Source of the DNA: a virus
Taxonomy: Duplodnaviria > Caudoviricetes
IMG/VR virus record: IMGVR_UViG_3300033463_000023
Coordinates: 1 to 64,000 of that record
Length of the DNA stretch: 64,000 nt
Direction: 5' to 3' (one strand)
The notes under the pieces are model-generated. The model ran no database searches, had not been told where the DNA came from, and saw only the letters and a program-made list of their open reading frames with translations. The stretch's first letter is position 1; each line of letters begins with the position of its first letter. The translations under genes were made by a program, and so were the position numbers. Positions 27,427 to 37,354 of the stretch are shown here, piece by piece.

Positions 27427-28149
27427 TCATCTGTCGGGCCCCTGCTGCGGCAGCGGGTCGGCGGCGACGGAGGCGTAGCCGTCGCGGACGTGGTCGTTGA
27501 AGCGGCCGAGGAGCGCGCGGTGGTCGCCGAGCAGGTCGTCGTACCTCGCCAGCAGGTCGTCGTACTTCGCCGAGAGCGAGGCGACGGCGCTGCCGAGGCG
27601 GCCGACGTCCTCGCGCAGGGCGGCGATCTCCCTGAGCACGGCCGTGCCATTCCGGCGGTCCTTCCTTTCCGGCACGGGCTCCGGGTTCGGGTCGACGAGG
27701 ATCGTGAACGGGTCGATGCCGAAGGCCTCGCAGACGGCGAGGAAGCGGACGACGGGCGTGCGCGTCTCCGACGACAGCGACCTCTGTGCGTGGCGGTAGG
27801 TCATGCCGGCGACCTCCGCGGCGCGCGTCCAGGTGGCGTCGTGCCGGTTGTTGATGTCGTCGCGCAGCGCCTCGCCGAGGTAGTAGCAGTCCGTGTACGG
27901 CTCGGCCACGTAGTCGTCTCGCTTGCCGATGACGTCGGCCTGGCCCGTGGAGAAGAGGCGGCGCACGGGGATGTGCAGGCCGTTGGCGATGGCGAGCAGG
28001 TGCTGTACGGTGATGGTGTCGGGCTTCGACGTGATGTCGTACCAGGTGGAGCGGGCGATGCCTACGGCCTTGCGGAGGTCTGCGGCCTGCATGAGCAGCA
28101 CGCTGTGGAGCGCGCTCAGTAGTCGGGTGTTGAGTCTTGGTTTTTCCAT
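27427..28149 (-). CDS. Repressor-like protein with two HTH-like repeats and a coiled coil
   Basis: DLRKAVGIARSTWY...LLAIANGLHIP and RAAEVAGMTYRHAQ...FLAVCEAFGID; only minus-strand gene in this area; divergent promoters upstream. Confidence 0.7.
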   Translation of the reverse strand: MEKPRLNTRLLSALHSVLLMQAADLRKAVGIARSTWYDITSKPDTITVQHLLAIANGLHIPVRRLFSTGQADVIGKRDDYVAEPYTDCYYLGEALRDDINNRHDATWTRAAEVAGMTYRHAQRSLSSETRTPVVRFLAVCEAFGIDPFTILVDPNPEPVPERKDRRNGTAVLREIAALREDVGRLGSAVASLSAKYDDLLARYDDLLGDHRALLGRFNDHVRDGYASVAADPLPQQGPDR

Positions 28150-28190
28150 AATGCTTCAAATGTTTAATATTACTTAAAACGGTATTAATA

Positions 28191-28275
28191 CCGAGAAAAA
28201 GTTTGGTCAATTCCGAAAATACCTGTATCTTTGCAGCAAAGTTACAACTTTTTTCGGAATTAAACGCCGAAAAAG
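28191..28275. promoter_or_regulatory. Opposed promoters with inverted operator-like sites
   Basis: + strand TTTG 28202 -20- TATCTTTG 28226; - strand TAACTTTG 28244-28237; TTCCGAAAA 28211 / TTTTCGGAA 28251. Confidence 0.65.
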
Positions 28276-28291
28276 CTAATAAATAAAAGAG

Positions 28292-28798
28292 ATGAAGCAA
28301 TATTTCAGGAATTTGGCGATTGCCCTGCGGGGCGGCAACCCGTACCAGGAGGAGCTGGACAGGGTCAGGAAGGAGTACGGTCAGGCGGCCGAGAACGTGA
28401 AGCGGCTCGAGGACGCGTTCCTCGCCGCCGAGGAGAAGAAGGCGGAGGCGGAAGCCCTGCTGGACGAGTACAAGAAGGTGGCGGAGGGCGCCGACGACAG
28501 GCTCGGGAAGTGCGACGGGCTGCTGAAGGAGGCCGAAGGCAGGCTGAGGGAGAAGCAGGACCAGGTCACGAGCCTCCAGACGCTCGTAGAGAACTACCGC
28601 GACCGCCTCGAGGAGAAGGACGCGCAGATGAAGCAGATGAACGAGGAGTTCGCCAGCCTCGAGAAGGGCTACAAGAAGCGCATCGAGGGCTACAGCGAGC
28701 AGATCGCCCGCCTGCAGGCGCAGCTGGATAAGGCGAAGGCCCGCAAGGCCAAGGCCGCGCCGAAGAAGGAGCAGGCCGGGAAGGAGGCCAAGTCATGA
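28292..28798 (+). CDS. Coiled-coil protein
   Basis: 168 aa, E/K/A heptad pattern. Confidence 0.8.
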   Translation: MKQYFRNLAIALRGGNPYQEELDRVRKEYGQAAENVKRLEDAFLAAEEKKAEAEALLDEYKKVAEGADDRLGKCDGLLKEAEGRLREKQDQVTSLQTLVENYRDRLEEKDAQMKQMNEEFASLEKGYKKRIEGYSEQIARLQAQLDKAKARKAKAAPKKEQAGKEAKS

Positions 28799-28902
28799 AC
28801 GGGGACGGGACGACCGGCGGCTGGCCGCGCTACAACGAGCGCTCGGCCTACACCGTCACGATACTAAACCATGTGTGGTACAGCTAACCGATTCAGCAGG
28901 CT

Positions 28903-29190
28903 ATGGACTTCGGACAGGCAATAAGGAGGCTCCGGCAGGAGCGGAACATGACGCAGGCGCAGCTGGCGGAGCGGTGCTTCGTCTCCAACAACACCGTGAG
29001 CGCCTGGGAGACCGGCGGGTCGTACCCGCCGAAGAGCTCGGTTGAGCGGCTGTGCAGGGCCTTCGGCGTGCCGGTGGCCTACTTCGTGCTGGAGAGCATC
29101 GAGGACTGCGACGTCCCCGGGAAGAACCGCGACACGTACATCGCGCTGCTGAGCCCGTTGCGCAACCTCTTACTTGACAGGGAACCGTGA
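28903..29190 (+). CDS. XRE-family HTH regulator
   Basis: IRRLRQERNMTQAQLAERCFVSNNTVSAWETG. Confidence 0.9.
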   Translation: MDFGQAIRRLRQERNMTQAQLAERCFVSNNTVSAWETGGSYPPKSSVERLCRAFGVPVAYFVLESIEDCDVPGKNRDTYIALLSPLRNLLLDREP

Positions 29191-32100
29191 GCGACAACCG
29201 TATAGACACACTCAACGCCGTACCGCTGACCGAGGTCATGAGAGGGTGGGGCCACGTCGCCAGGCGCGACGGCGACCACTCCGCGTCGTACCTCTGCCCG
29301 TGGCACGACGACCACCGTCCGTCGCTGGTGGTGGACAAGCAGCCCCGCAAGGGGGCCGACGACCTCGGCTTCAAGTGCTTCGCCTGCGGCCAGGAGGGCT
29401 ACGGGGCGGTCCAGCTGGCGGCGAGGCTCATGGGCCTGCCCGCAGGCAGGGTGCCCGCGGAGGACCTCCCGCGCGTCCTGGCCGAGCTGGAGACGCGCTG
29501 CGACGTGGAGCTGCCCCCGGAGGAGGGGGAGAGGAAGCGCTACGACACCCTCCGCACGTCGCTCGTGGGCTGGGCGGACTTCTGCAGGGACGAGCCGCAG
29601 TACGCCGGCATGGCCGACGGCGAGGCGCGCTTCGAGCGCGGCGAGTGGACCGAGGAGGGGCTGCGGGCCCTGGGCCTGAAGGTTGAGCTGGCGAGCCGCA
29701 GGGCCAGGAAGAAGGACACGGACGGACAGGGGGAGGCCGCCGAGATCAGGACCGGCGACCTGCTCACGCAGTTCGACCCCGACACCGGCGAGGCGCTGTA
29801 CCGCTGCTCTTTCGGCAGGGACTTCTACCGCGGCCCGCAGAAGGCGGAGACCCGCACGATAGCGCAGTGGGGCGGGGAGATAGAAAGGACGTTCGGCGTG
29901 GAGCCCGTCGCCCGCTTCCTGAAGCGCATCACCCCGGAGAAGGGCGGCGCCGCCGTGCGCGTCGTCCGCGCCACGGGGAACTACCCCATATTCATGTTCC
30001 GCTACCCGTGGGGCGTGAAGAAGTACGAGCCGCGCGACGTCTACGGCAACAAGTGGACGTGGTTCAACGTCAGCGAGGACGCCGACCTCTACCACCAGTG
30101 GTATGCCGACGCGGCGCTGGCCGACGCCCTGGAGGGCGCCGTGCCGGAGCAGGACGAGCGCCACCCCTTCGAGTTCGTGAAGGACAAGGACGGCAAGGAC
30201 ACCAGGAGGGTCCGCTTCTCGCGCGTGGTGCTCTGCAGCGGCCCCCGCGACGCCGTCGCCGTGTTCTCGCACAGCGACGCCCACGTCGTCTGGCTGCACT
30301 CCGAGCAGGCCGGATTCGACCGCAAGGGCGGCAACGTCCGCCCGAACCGCTGGCTCAGGGCGCTCGTCCGCAAGCTGCTCTCCGTCACCGCCGAGGGCGG
30401 GCTTTACGTCTGCTACGACGAGGACGCCACGGGCCTGGCCGCCTCGCAGGCCATCGCCCTGAACTCCCCGCAGGTGCGCTGGCTCCGCCTCCCCAGGGAG
30501 CTCGGGCAGGTACGGTGCGGGCAGAAGCCCCTGAAGGACGTGACGGACTTCGTCACCCGCTTCGCCGAGGTGGAGTCGGGGATGCCGGCCGAGGTGCAGC
30601 ACGACGACCCCGTGGAGTGGTTCGAGAACGCGCTCTTCGACACGCCGACGTGCAAGTTCTGGCAGTTCGAGTCCGCCCGCAAGGAGGAGGACGGCACGAC
30701 GCGCAACCGCTACAAGTTCGACCTGAGGAACACCCCCGTGTTCCTCCGTGCCCGCGGCATGGTCCGCAGGGTCGTGCAGCAGGGCAAGGAGTCCTACTCC
30801 CGCTACTTCCTCCTGGGCAACGACAACCTCTACGCCGAGGTGTTCCCCGGCGCGAAGGGCAGCGGCAGCAGGCTCGTGGCACAGGCCCGCGAGCTCATGG
30901 CCGAGTGGCTCCGCGCGCACAAGGAGTGCAACGACGAGAAGGGCGCCCTGTCGCGCGCCGTCTTCTCCGCGAAGCTGGAGCAGGGCGTCATGGAGTCCAT
31001 CGAGCAGGTGGACTTCGACGACAAGTCCTTCGGCGAGGACTTCGACCACTTCTTCTTCCGCAACTGCGCCGTGCGCGTGACGAAGGACGACATCAGGTGC
31101 GTGCCCTACTCGCAGATGAAGTGGTGGACGAACTCCGAGGCGGTCCTCGACGGCGACTTCACGCCGCTGAAGCGGGCGTGGCACGTGGAGCTGAACCCGC
31201 TCTACCCCGCGGAGCTGGAGAAGCACGAGGCGATCCTGGAGGCCGCCGCCACCAGGGAGGAGCGCGAGCAGGAGAACATGCGGTGGGACTCGTGGGCCAC
31301 GCTGTGGAAGTACCGCCTCGTGACGGAGCTCCCCGCCGGGGAGATGCCCGTGCACTTCCGCTTCTTCTACAACCTGGCCCGCATCTTCTGGGAGAAGGAG
31401 GCGGCGGGGCAGGGGCTGACGGCCGCCGAGCGCCAGGTGCAGGACATGTACTTCATCGCCATGTGCCACGCCCTCGGCAGCGCGCTGGTGCGCCACCGCT
31501 CGGCCAACCGCCAGCAGTTCATACACATCACCGACAACGGCACGCGCCGCGAGGACCTGGCGTCGGGAGGCACGGGCAAGACCGCCGTCCTGGAGATGCT
31601 GGGGCTGGTGCGCCGCGTGCTCTCCATCGACGGCAAGAGCCTCGAGGGCGGCAACATCGTCCTGGAGCAGGAGCTGGGCAAGATCGTGCCCGGCATCCAC
31701 ACCGTCGTATGCCTCGACGAGCTCCCCGACCGCTTCTCGCCGAAGAAGCTGTACAACTACCCGCTCAGCGTCACCTCGCGCGGCCTCTACGAGGGAAGCG
31801 TGAAGCTGACCGGCGACGACCTGCCGAAGCTCGTCATCGCCTCGAACGAGCAGATAGACACCTCCTCCGACTCGACGAGCCGCCGCGACTACGAGGTGCT
31901 CGTCGGCGACTGGTACCACCCGCGCTCGACGGACGGCTCGCGCCCCGCCCACACCCCTGCGGACGACTTCCGCGGGGAGGGCGTCAAGGAGGTGGCCCGC
32001 AACCTGAAGGCCCCGGTGCTCAACGAGGCGCGCAACCACATGCTCTGCTGCGTGCAGCTGTTCCTGCAGCTGCCGGAGGAGACGATACGCCCGCCGAAGG

Positions 32101-32615
32101 ACTCGCGGGCGCTGCTGCGCCAGGCGCTGGCCGCCTCGAGGGACGAGGAGTTCACGCGGTGGATCGACGGCTACCTGAGGGACAGGCGCCACCTCGGCAT
32201 ACCCATCGCCAAGCGCGAGCTGGCGTACTCGCTGCTCGACTACTGCGGCACCGTCATCGGCAGGAAGACCCTCACCGCCGCGCTGAAGCGCATCCGCGAG
32301 AACCTGCCGGACTACATGCGCTCCAGCGTCTACGTGTGCAACCCGAGGAGGGTGCTGCTGACCCAGACCGACGAGGACAGGGGCTTCCGCCGCTGCGCCG
32401 CCTGGGCCCACCAGGAGAACCCCGACGGCACGCTGAAGACGGACGCCGACGGCAACCGCCTGCCGCGCGTGCTCGTCAAGAAGGCGCCCTACCAGGACGT
32501 GTTCTACTTCTACCGTAAGGGCACCATACCCCGCCACAAGTACAGCGAGGCCCACGTCGGCGACCCGGACTACGTCCAGCCCGCCCCGGAGAGGGACCCC
32601 GAGGCGGACGGATAG
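29187..32615 (+). CDS. DNA primase-helicase (CHC2 zinc finger, TOPRIM, P-loop ATPase)
   Basis: CPWHDD...CFAC; TOPRIM-like CSGPRD and CYDEDATG, KDVTDF; Walker A GGTGKT, Walker B VCLDE; GTG start overlapping the previous stop. Confidence 0.85.
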   Translation: MSDNRIDTLNAVPLTEVMRGWGHVARRDGDHSASYLCPWHDDHRPSLVVDKQPRKGADDLGFKCFACGQEGYGAVQLAARLMGLPAGRVPAEDLPRVLAELETRCDVELPPEEGERKRYDTLRTSLVGWADFCRDEPQYAGMADGEARFERGEWTEEGLRALGLKVELASRRARKKDTDGQGEAAEIRTGDLLTQFDPDTGEALYRCSFGRDFYRGPQKAETRTIAQWGGEIERTFGVEPVARFLKRITPEKGGAAVRVVRATGNYPIFMFRYPWGVKKYEPRDVYGNKWTWFNVSEDADLYHQWYADAALADALEGAVPEQDERHPFEFVKDKDGKDTRRVRFSRVVLCSGPRDAVAVFSHSDAHVVWLHSEQAGFDRKGGNVRPNRWLRALVRKLLSVTAEGGLYVCYDEDATGLAASQAIALNSPQVRWLRLPRELGQVRCGQKPLKDVTDFVTRFAEVESGMPAEVQHDDPVEWFENALFDTPTCKFWQFESARKEEDGTTRNRYKFDLRNTPVFLRARGMVRRVVQQGKESYSRYFLLGNDNLYAEVFPGAKGSGSRLVAQARELMAEWLRAHKECNDEKGALSRAVFSAKLEQGVMESIEQVDFDDKSFGEDFDHFFFRNCAVRVTKDDIRCVPYSQMKWWTNSEAVLDGDFTPLKRAWHVELNPLYPAELEKHEAILEAAATREEREQENMRWDSWATLWKYRLVTELPAGEMPVHFRFFYNLARIFWEKEAAGQGLTAAERQVQDMYFIAMCHALGSALVRHRSANRQQFIHITDNGTRREDLASGGTGKTAVLEMLGLVRRVLSIDGKSLEGGNIVLEQELGKIVPGIHTVVCLDELPDRFSPKKLYNYPLSVTSRGLYEGSVKLTGDDLPKLVIASNEQIDTSSDSTSRRDYEVLVGDWYHPRSTDGSRPAHTPADDFRGEGVKEVARNLKAPVLNEARNHMLCCVQLFLQLPEETIRPPKDSRALLRQALAASRDEEFTRWIDGYLRDRRHLGIPIAKRELAYSLLDYCGTVIGRKTLTAALKRIRENLPDYMRSSVYVCNPRRVLLTQTDEDRGFRRCAAWAHQENPDGTLKTDADGNRLPRVLVKKAPYQDVFYFYRKGTIPRHKYSEAHVGDPDYVQPAPERDPEADG

Positions 32616-32741
32616 GAACAGACCGCGCGGGGCGCCGCGCATCTTTAATTATCTTTATTTTAGTCATAGGTATTATTAATGGTTTTTTCCCGGCCTCACG
32701 CGAGTGCCGCCGGGTTTTGAAAAAAGAGAAAGGGAACGTCA

Positions 32742-33152
32742 ATGAAAAGGATACAGAAGGTTCAGGTCATCGTCAGGTCGTGCCTCACCGGCGTGGCCGT
32801 GTGGGTCTACCGCGGCGCCTCCGAGGAAGCGGCGCGGATCGCCTACTGGCGCGCCTGCCAGAAGGAGCTGGAGCGCGTCAGGCAGTGGCCGGAGACCGTG
32901 GAGCGGCGCAGGGCCGCCATCATGCGGGTGCTCGCCGAGGTCACGGAGGGGCTGCCCGTCACCGCGGAGATGCCGCCGGGGAAGCGGCGGTTCGCGAAAT
33001 GCCTGCTGGCGCAGGCGGAGAGGAAGCTGCCCGCCGGGGGCGAGTTCTACGACCACATCATGGAGACGCGCCGGCGGCGCGAGGAGGACCGCCGGATCCG
33101 CCAGGCGATGCGCGAGCGGGAAAAGGAGCGGAATACCGATTATGATAAATAG
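32742..33152 (+). CDS. Hypothetical Arg-rich protein
   Basis: 136-aa ORF ending 11 nt before infA. Confidence 0.65.
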   Translation: MKRIQKVQVIVRSCLTGVAVWVYRGASEEAARIAYWRACQKELERVRQWPETVERRRAAIMRVLAEVTEGLPVTAEMPPGKRRFAKCLLAQAERKLPAGGEFYDHIMETRRRREEDRRIRQAMREREKERNTDYDK

Positions 33153-33163
33153 GAGACAGTGAC

Positions 33164-33394
33164 ATGGCAAAGAGGAACGACCACGTGACGGCCGACGGCG
33201 TGATAGCGCAGGCCGTGGGATACGAGAACTTCAGGGTGACGCTGGCCAACGGCATGGAGATACTCGCCAGGGTGAGCGGGCAGATGCGCCTGCACCGCAT
33301 CAGGCTCCTGGCGGGCGACAGGGTCAGGGTCGAGATGTCGCCGTACGACCTGACCAGGGGGATGATAACATACAGGTACAAGACGGGGAGGTGA
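33164..33394 (+). CDS. infA: Translation initiation factor IF-1 homologue
   Basis: FRVTLANG.EILARVSGQMR...IRLLAGDRVRVEMSPYDLTRG.ITYRY. Confidence 0.93.
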   Translation: MAKRNDHVTADGVIAQAVGYENFRVTLANGMEILARVSGQMRLHRIRLLAGDRVRVEMSPYDLTRGMITYRYKTGR

Positions 33395-33398
33395 GGAT

Positions 33399-34712
33399 AT
33401 GACCGACAACGAGACCATACTGTTCTGGCGGTTCCTCGACGACAAGGGGATGAGGAAGAACTACGAGTTCTTCTACGCCAACCACCGCTTCGACGGGCGG
33501 GACGTCGGCGCGTTTCTCGCGCAGGTGCCCGCCGAGGACGCCATCCTGACGGCCTTCGACCTGGCCGCCGCGCCGAACAGCATCTTCGGCCCGAAGTACT
33601 GGCTGACGCTCAACGAGAAGTGGTTCCGCCGGCTGGAGGAGTACCGCGCCGACGGGAAAATGATCGAGGCGGCGACCGTCATCTGCGGCCACTGCGGGCG
33701 CGTGCTGCCCCGCTCGGCGTTCGCCTACACCACGAAGGGGCAGCTGCACAAGCACTGCCGCGAGTGCGAGAGCGGCGCCTGGGACCGCCAGCGCAGGGAG
33801 CAGGAGGAGAAGGCCAGGGAGAAGGAGCGGCAGGAGATGGAGGTGAAGGCGCTCGAGGCGGAGATCGCCGAGAGGAAGGCCAGGCTCGACAGCCTGTCCG
33901 CGGCCGCCGGCGACACGGCGGGGACCGTCCCCGCCGCGGAGCCCGCAGGCACGGACGAAAAGCCCGCCGACGACGCCGCCTCCAGGAGCATCCCGAAGCT
34001 CGGCGAGCACGACGCCACGCTGCACTACAGGCCCGAGACGCGGAAGATCGTCTTCAACGCCGTCCTCTCCGCCTACGTCCATACCGCCGGGCTGACGAAG
34101 TGCTACCTCTCCACCGACCGCGACGGCCGCCAGTTCCTCGTCTTCAACGGCGCCGAGGGCGCGAACGTCACGTGGGTCTCCACGAGGACCTCCCGCCTGG
34201 CGCAGGTCTGCTCCACCGCCCACGTCCGCCAGATCGCCGAGCGCTTCCGCCTGGCCGCCGGGGACATCTACTATCTCCACATAACGAGGAACCTCTCGAA
34301 GACCCCGGACGTCATCAACGTAGAGGTCAAGCAGGTGCACACCCGCGAGGAGTTCGCCGCCATCGCCGCCCGCCGCGAGGAGGAGAAGGCGAAGGGGCGC
34401 CCCGTCCCCGGCGGGGACGTGCCGGAGTACGAGGATCCCGCGGACGCGGCGCCGCTCATCGACTTCAGCGGGGAGGCGGAGCCCGAGGAGCAGCAGCCGG
34501 AGCCGAAGCCGGACGTGCGGATCGTCACGAACGCCGCGCCGGGCCAGTCGCTGATGATACCCCTCTCCGGCAGGAAGCCCGCCGACCTCCTGCAGCAGCT
34601 CGTAGACCGCAACCACCTCACGGAGCGCGACATCGCGAAGTTCCTCTACGACAGGGGATGGAAGCTCCAGCAGCCCGTGGTGGTGAAGACCCACAAGAAA
34701 TTCAAGGCATAG
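33399..34712 (+). CDS. Hypothetical protein with CxxC...CxxC zinc motif
   Basis: CGHCG...CREC followed by a coiled coil. Confidence 0.8.
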   Translation: MTDNETILFWRFLDDKGMRKNYEFFYANHRFDGRDVGAFLAQVPAEDAILTAFDLAAAPNSIFGPKYWLTLNEKWFRRLEEYRADGKMIEAATVICGHCGRVLPRSAFAYTTKGQLHKHCRECESGAWDRQRREQEEKAREKERQEMEVKALEAEIAERKARLDSLSAAAGDTAGTVPAAEPAGTDEKPADDAASRSIPKLGEHDATLHYRPETRKIVFNAVLSAYVHTAGLTKCYLSTDRDGRQFLVFNGAEGANVTWVSTRTSRLAQVCSTAHVRQIAERFRLAAGDIYYLHITRNLSKTPDVINVEVKQVHTREEFAAIAARREEEKAKGRPVPGGDVPEYEDPADAAPLIDFSGEAEPEEQQPEPKPDVRIVTNAAPGQSLMIPLSGRKPADLLQQLVDRNHLTERDIAKFLYDRGWKLQQPVVVKTHKKFKA

Positions 34713-34715
34713 GAC

Positions 34716-35450
34716 ATGGAAGAGAACAAGGACATACAGCGGCAGCCAGCCGCCGAGACAGCAGACGAGGCGATCCGCGGGACGCTACGCCCGCAGGACG
34801 ACGTGCCGCAGGAGGTCATAGAGCGCTATATGATACGCGACTACCAGAGGATGTACAACACCTGGTGGGAGTACCGCGAGCTGGCGGGCCTGACCGCCAA
34901 CCAGATCGACGGGCGTGCCCGCCAGCTCATCAGGAAGAGAAGGAAGGACGACTACGTCGTCGCCGACCTGCAGCTGAAGCTGGACGGGAAGAGCCGGAAG
35001 ATCACGGAGATGTACGACTGGCTGAAGCAGAGGGACGCGCTGGTCGGCAGCCTGCGGGAGCACTGCGAGAAGCAGCGCGCCTGCATCGCCGCCTGCGAGA
35101 AGACCATCAGGGCGCAGCGCATGCAGATACAGTCGCTGCTCGGCCACATCGGCGGCGGCGGGGAGGGCTACGAGGCGCTCGCCGGCTGCGACTCCTCGTG
35201 GGACACGGAGCGGTGGAAGGAGGCGATGGTGAACGCCAACGCCGTGCAGGTACAGCTCGGCGAGCTGAACGACGACATCATGCAGCAGCCGCTCGACGAG
35301 GGCGTGAGGCAGGCGATCCTCGCCGCCGTCCAGGTCGTCCGCCGCCATGCCCGCCGGGCCTACAACCGCACCGTCCGCATCGCCTCGCCGCTCCTGCGCA
35401 GGGAGTTCGCCGCGGAGGCCCTGCCGGAGGACGGAGACGGAGAAGAATAA
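34716..35450 (+). CDS. Hypothetical coiled-coil protein
   Basis: 244-aa ORF in tight operon. Confidence 0.8.
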   Translation: MEENKDIQRQPAAETADEAIRGTLRPQDDVPQEVIERYMIRDYQRMYNTWWEYRELAGLTANQIDGRARQLIRKRRKDDYVVADLQLKLDGKSRKITEMYDWLKQRDALVGSLREHCEKQRACIAACEKTIRAQRMQIQSLLGHIGGGGEGYEALAGCDSSWDTERWKEAMVNANAVQVQLGELNDDIMQQPLDEGVRQAILAAVQVVRRHARRAYNRTVRIASPLLRREFAAEALPEDGDGEE

Positions 35451-35471
35451 CAACAACAACGAAGGAAGGAT

Positions 35472-36053
35472 ATGGTATTAGGAAGCCACAACTCATGGAG
35501 CTACCTGCCGCCCCGGCGGTGGTGGATGCGACCGATAGCCTTCATGGCGAAATGCCAGAGGGCTGACATACGCACGCAGTACGAGAAGTACGGCGTAAGA
35601 TGCTTCGACCTCCGCGTGAGGTTCGACAAGTACGGCCTGGGCATCGTGGCCCACGGCATCGTGGAGTACTGCTTCACCGCCCCGAAGGTCTACGAGGACC
35701 TGGCATGGCTCGACGGCAAGGGCGACGTCTATGTGAGGGTCATCCACGAGGTGAGGACGGCGAAGCAGTACAAGAACCGGCATCTCGACACGTTCCGTTG
35801 CTTCTGCCAAGACATCGAGGACACATACAAAGGCATCCGCTTCTGGTGCGGCCGTAATCTCTTATGCTGGGGCTACGACTATCACTTCAAGGGCCTGGAG
35901 CCTACCTGCGGGGAGAAATATGCCTCGGTCTGCCCGCCGAGGAAGGTCGACGACTGGTGGCCGTGGCTCTTCGCCTGGAGGAAGAACCGCGACATCCTCG
36001 CCGCCGGCACGAAGAAGGACATCCTGCTGATAGATTTCGTGGACATCAAATAA
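35472..36053 (+). CDS. PI-PLC X-domain-like phosphodiesterase
   Basis: GSHNS, CQ...I..Q...GVRCFDLRV, AHG. Confidence 0.75.
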   Translation: MVLGSHNSWSYLPPRRWWMRPIAFMAKCQRADIRTQYEKYGVRCFDLRVRFDKYGLGIVAHGIVEYCFTAPKVYEDLAWLDGKGDVYVRVIHEVRTAKQYKNRHLDTFRCFCQDIEDTYKGIRFWCGRNLLCWGYDYHFKGLEPTCGEKYASVCPPRKVDDWWPWLFAWRKNRDILAAGTKKDILLIDFVDIK

Positions 36054-36062
36054 CATACGACT

Positions 36063-36257
36063 ATGGCGACAAGCAACATCTGCAGGGGCGAGCAGTGCCC
36101 CGTGAAGCAGCAGTGCCTCAGGCACAGGCAGTGGGTCAGGACGGTGCAGGGCGGCGAGACCCGCCCGAAGTGCATCGCGAAGTGCCCCGACGGCAAGTGG
36201 TTCACGCGCGACGACAGCCGCGTCCAGCGAGTAACGGCACGCAGGCATGGATCCTAA
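36063..36257 (+). CDS. Small Cys-rich protein
   Basis: C-x4-C-x5-C-x-R pattern; ACGACT-ATG start. Confidence 0.65.
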   Translation: MATSNICRGEQCPVKQQCLRHRQWVRTVQGGETRPKCIAKCPDGKWFTRDDSRVQRVTARRHGS

Positions 36258-37263
36258 GAAGACGTTCCCCGCGCCGCCCGCCTCGTGGAGCGGGCTCTCC
36301 TGGCGGCAGCTCTGCTGCTGCTGGCAGGCGAAGATGCGCTACGGCGGCAACGCCGACGTGGCCAGGGCGGCTGCGCTTCTGGCGCTGCTGGGGCTGGAGG
36401 TCAGGGACCTGGAGCCGGGATCCGGGAGCCGGGAGACTGGCGAGGCCGTCTACACGCTGGCCGACGCCGGCGGCGGCCTCTGGACGGTCACGCCGCGCGA
36501 GCTGTCGCAGGCGGCGAAGGCCGCCCTGCCGTGGTTCGACTTCCCCTACGGCGACCCCGGCGACGAGGCCGTGAGGGACGAGAAGGGGAAGGTGGTGAAG
36601 GAGGCCCGCGACCCCGTTCGCGGGTACGTCAACCCCCACTGGAAGGGCGACGCGATGATGCTCCCGGAGGAGACGGTGAGGGTCGGGCGGCGGAGGTTCG
36701 CCCTGCCGCAGGTCGCCTGTAACAACCTCACGTGGCAGCAGTACAGGAGCCTTCAGGCCATATCCCCGCAGCTCTTCCAGGAGGGGCTGACGGAGGAGCA
36801 GGCGCTTGACCTGCAGGCGCAGTTCCTCTCCCACTCGCTCGTGCCCCGTTCGCTGGCCCTGCTCGACACCAGCGGCAGCTCCGTCCGCCTCCGCCCGCAC
36901 TGGGCGTACACCTACGATGCCGCCCGCGCCGATGGGCTGGCGGGGTTCTGGAAGAGGCAGCTCCGCCGCGACGCGGCCGTGCTCTACCACATCTGCCTGC
37001 AGTGCTACCAGACCGCCCTCACCTACTATGCCGCCGTCTATCCCCTGCTCTTCTCCGACGAGGGTAAGAAGGACACGATGCGCGACGCGCTGCAGGGCGA
37101 GGTGGGCACCATCAACGCCGTGATGAAGTACGCGGGCTACGCCGAGCAGCAGCAGGTCTACGACTCCAACCTCCCGTTCATCCTCGACATCCTGAACACG
37201 ATGGCGAAGGATGCCAAGCAGATAGAGGCGCTGAACGCGAAGATCAGGAATGGGAAGAGATGA
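36247..37263 (+). CDS. Hypothetical phage protein
   Basis: 338-aa ORF. Confidence 0.8.
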   Translation: MDPKKTFPAPPASWSGLSWRQLCCCWQAKMRYGGNADVARAAALLALLGLEVRDLEPGSGSRETGEAVYTLADAGGGLWTVTPRELSQAAKAALPWFDFPYGDPGDEAVRDEKGKVVKEARDPVRGYVNPHWKGDAMMLPEETVRVGRRRFALPQVACNNLTWQQYRSLQAISPQLFQEGLTEEQALDLQAQFLSHSLVPRSLALLDTSGSSVRLRPHWAYTYDAARADGLAGFWKRQLRRDAAVLYHICLQCYQTALTYYAAVYPLLFSDEGKKDTMRDALQGEVGTINAVMKYAGYAEQQQVYDSNLPFILDILNTMAKDAKQIEALNAKIRNGKR

Positions 37264-37270
37264 CGATTCA

Positions 37271-37354
37271 GGTGCGGAAGGCCTGCAGGCGGCGCAGCAG
37301 GCAGGCGGCATCAGGCCGCTTAGGCGAGCGAGGGTTCGAGTCCCTGCCGTACCA
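37271..37354 (+). ncRNA. Atypical tRNA-like element
   Basis: Acceptor GGTGCGG/CCGTACC + A; GCCTGC/GCAGGC arm; GGCGG-CATCAGG-CCGCT arm; T-arm AGGG-TTCGAGT-CCCT. Confidence 0.5.

Noticed and set aside
37271-37354. Functional tRNA-Sec or stop-codon reassignment
   Set aside because: No U33, no long Sec variable arm or 8-bp acceptor; TGA, TAG and TAA all terminate genes normally here.
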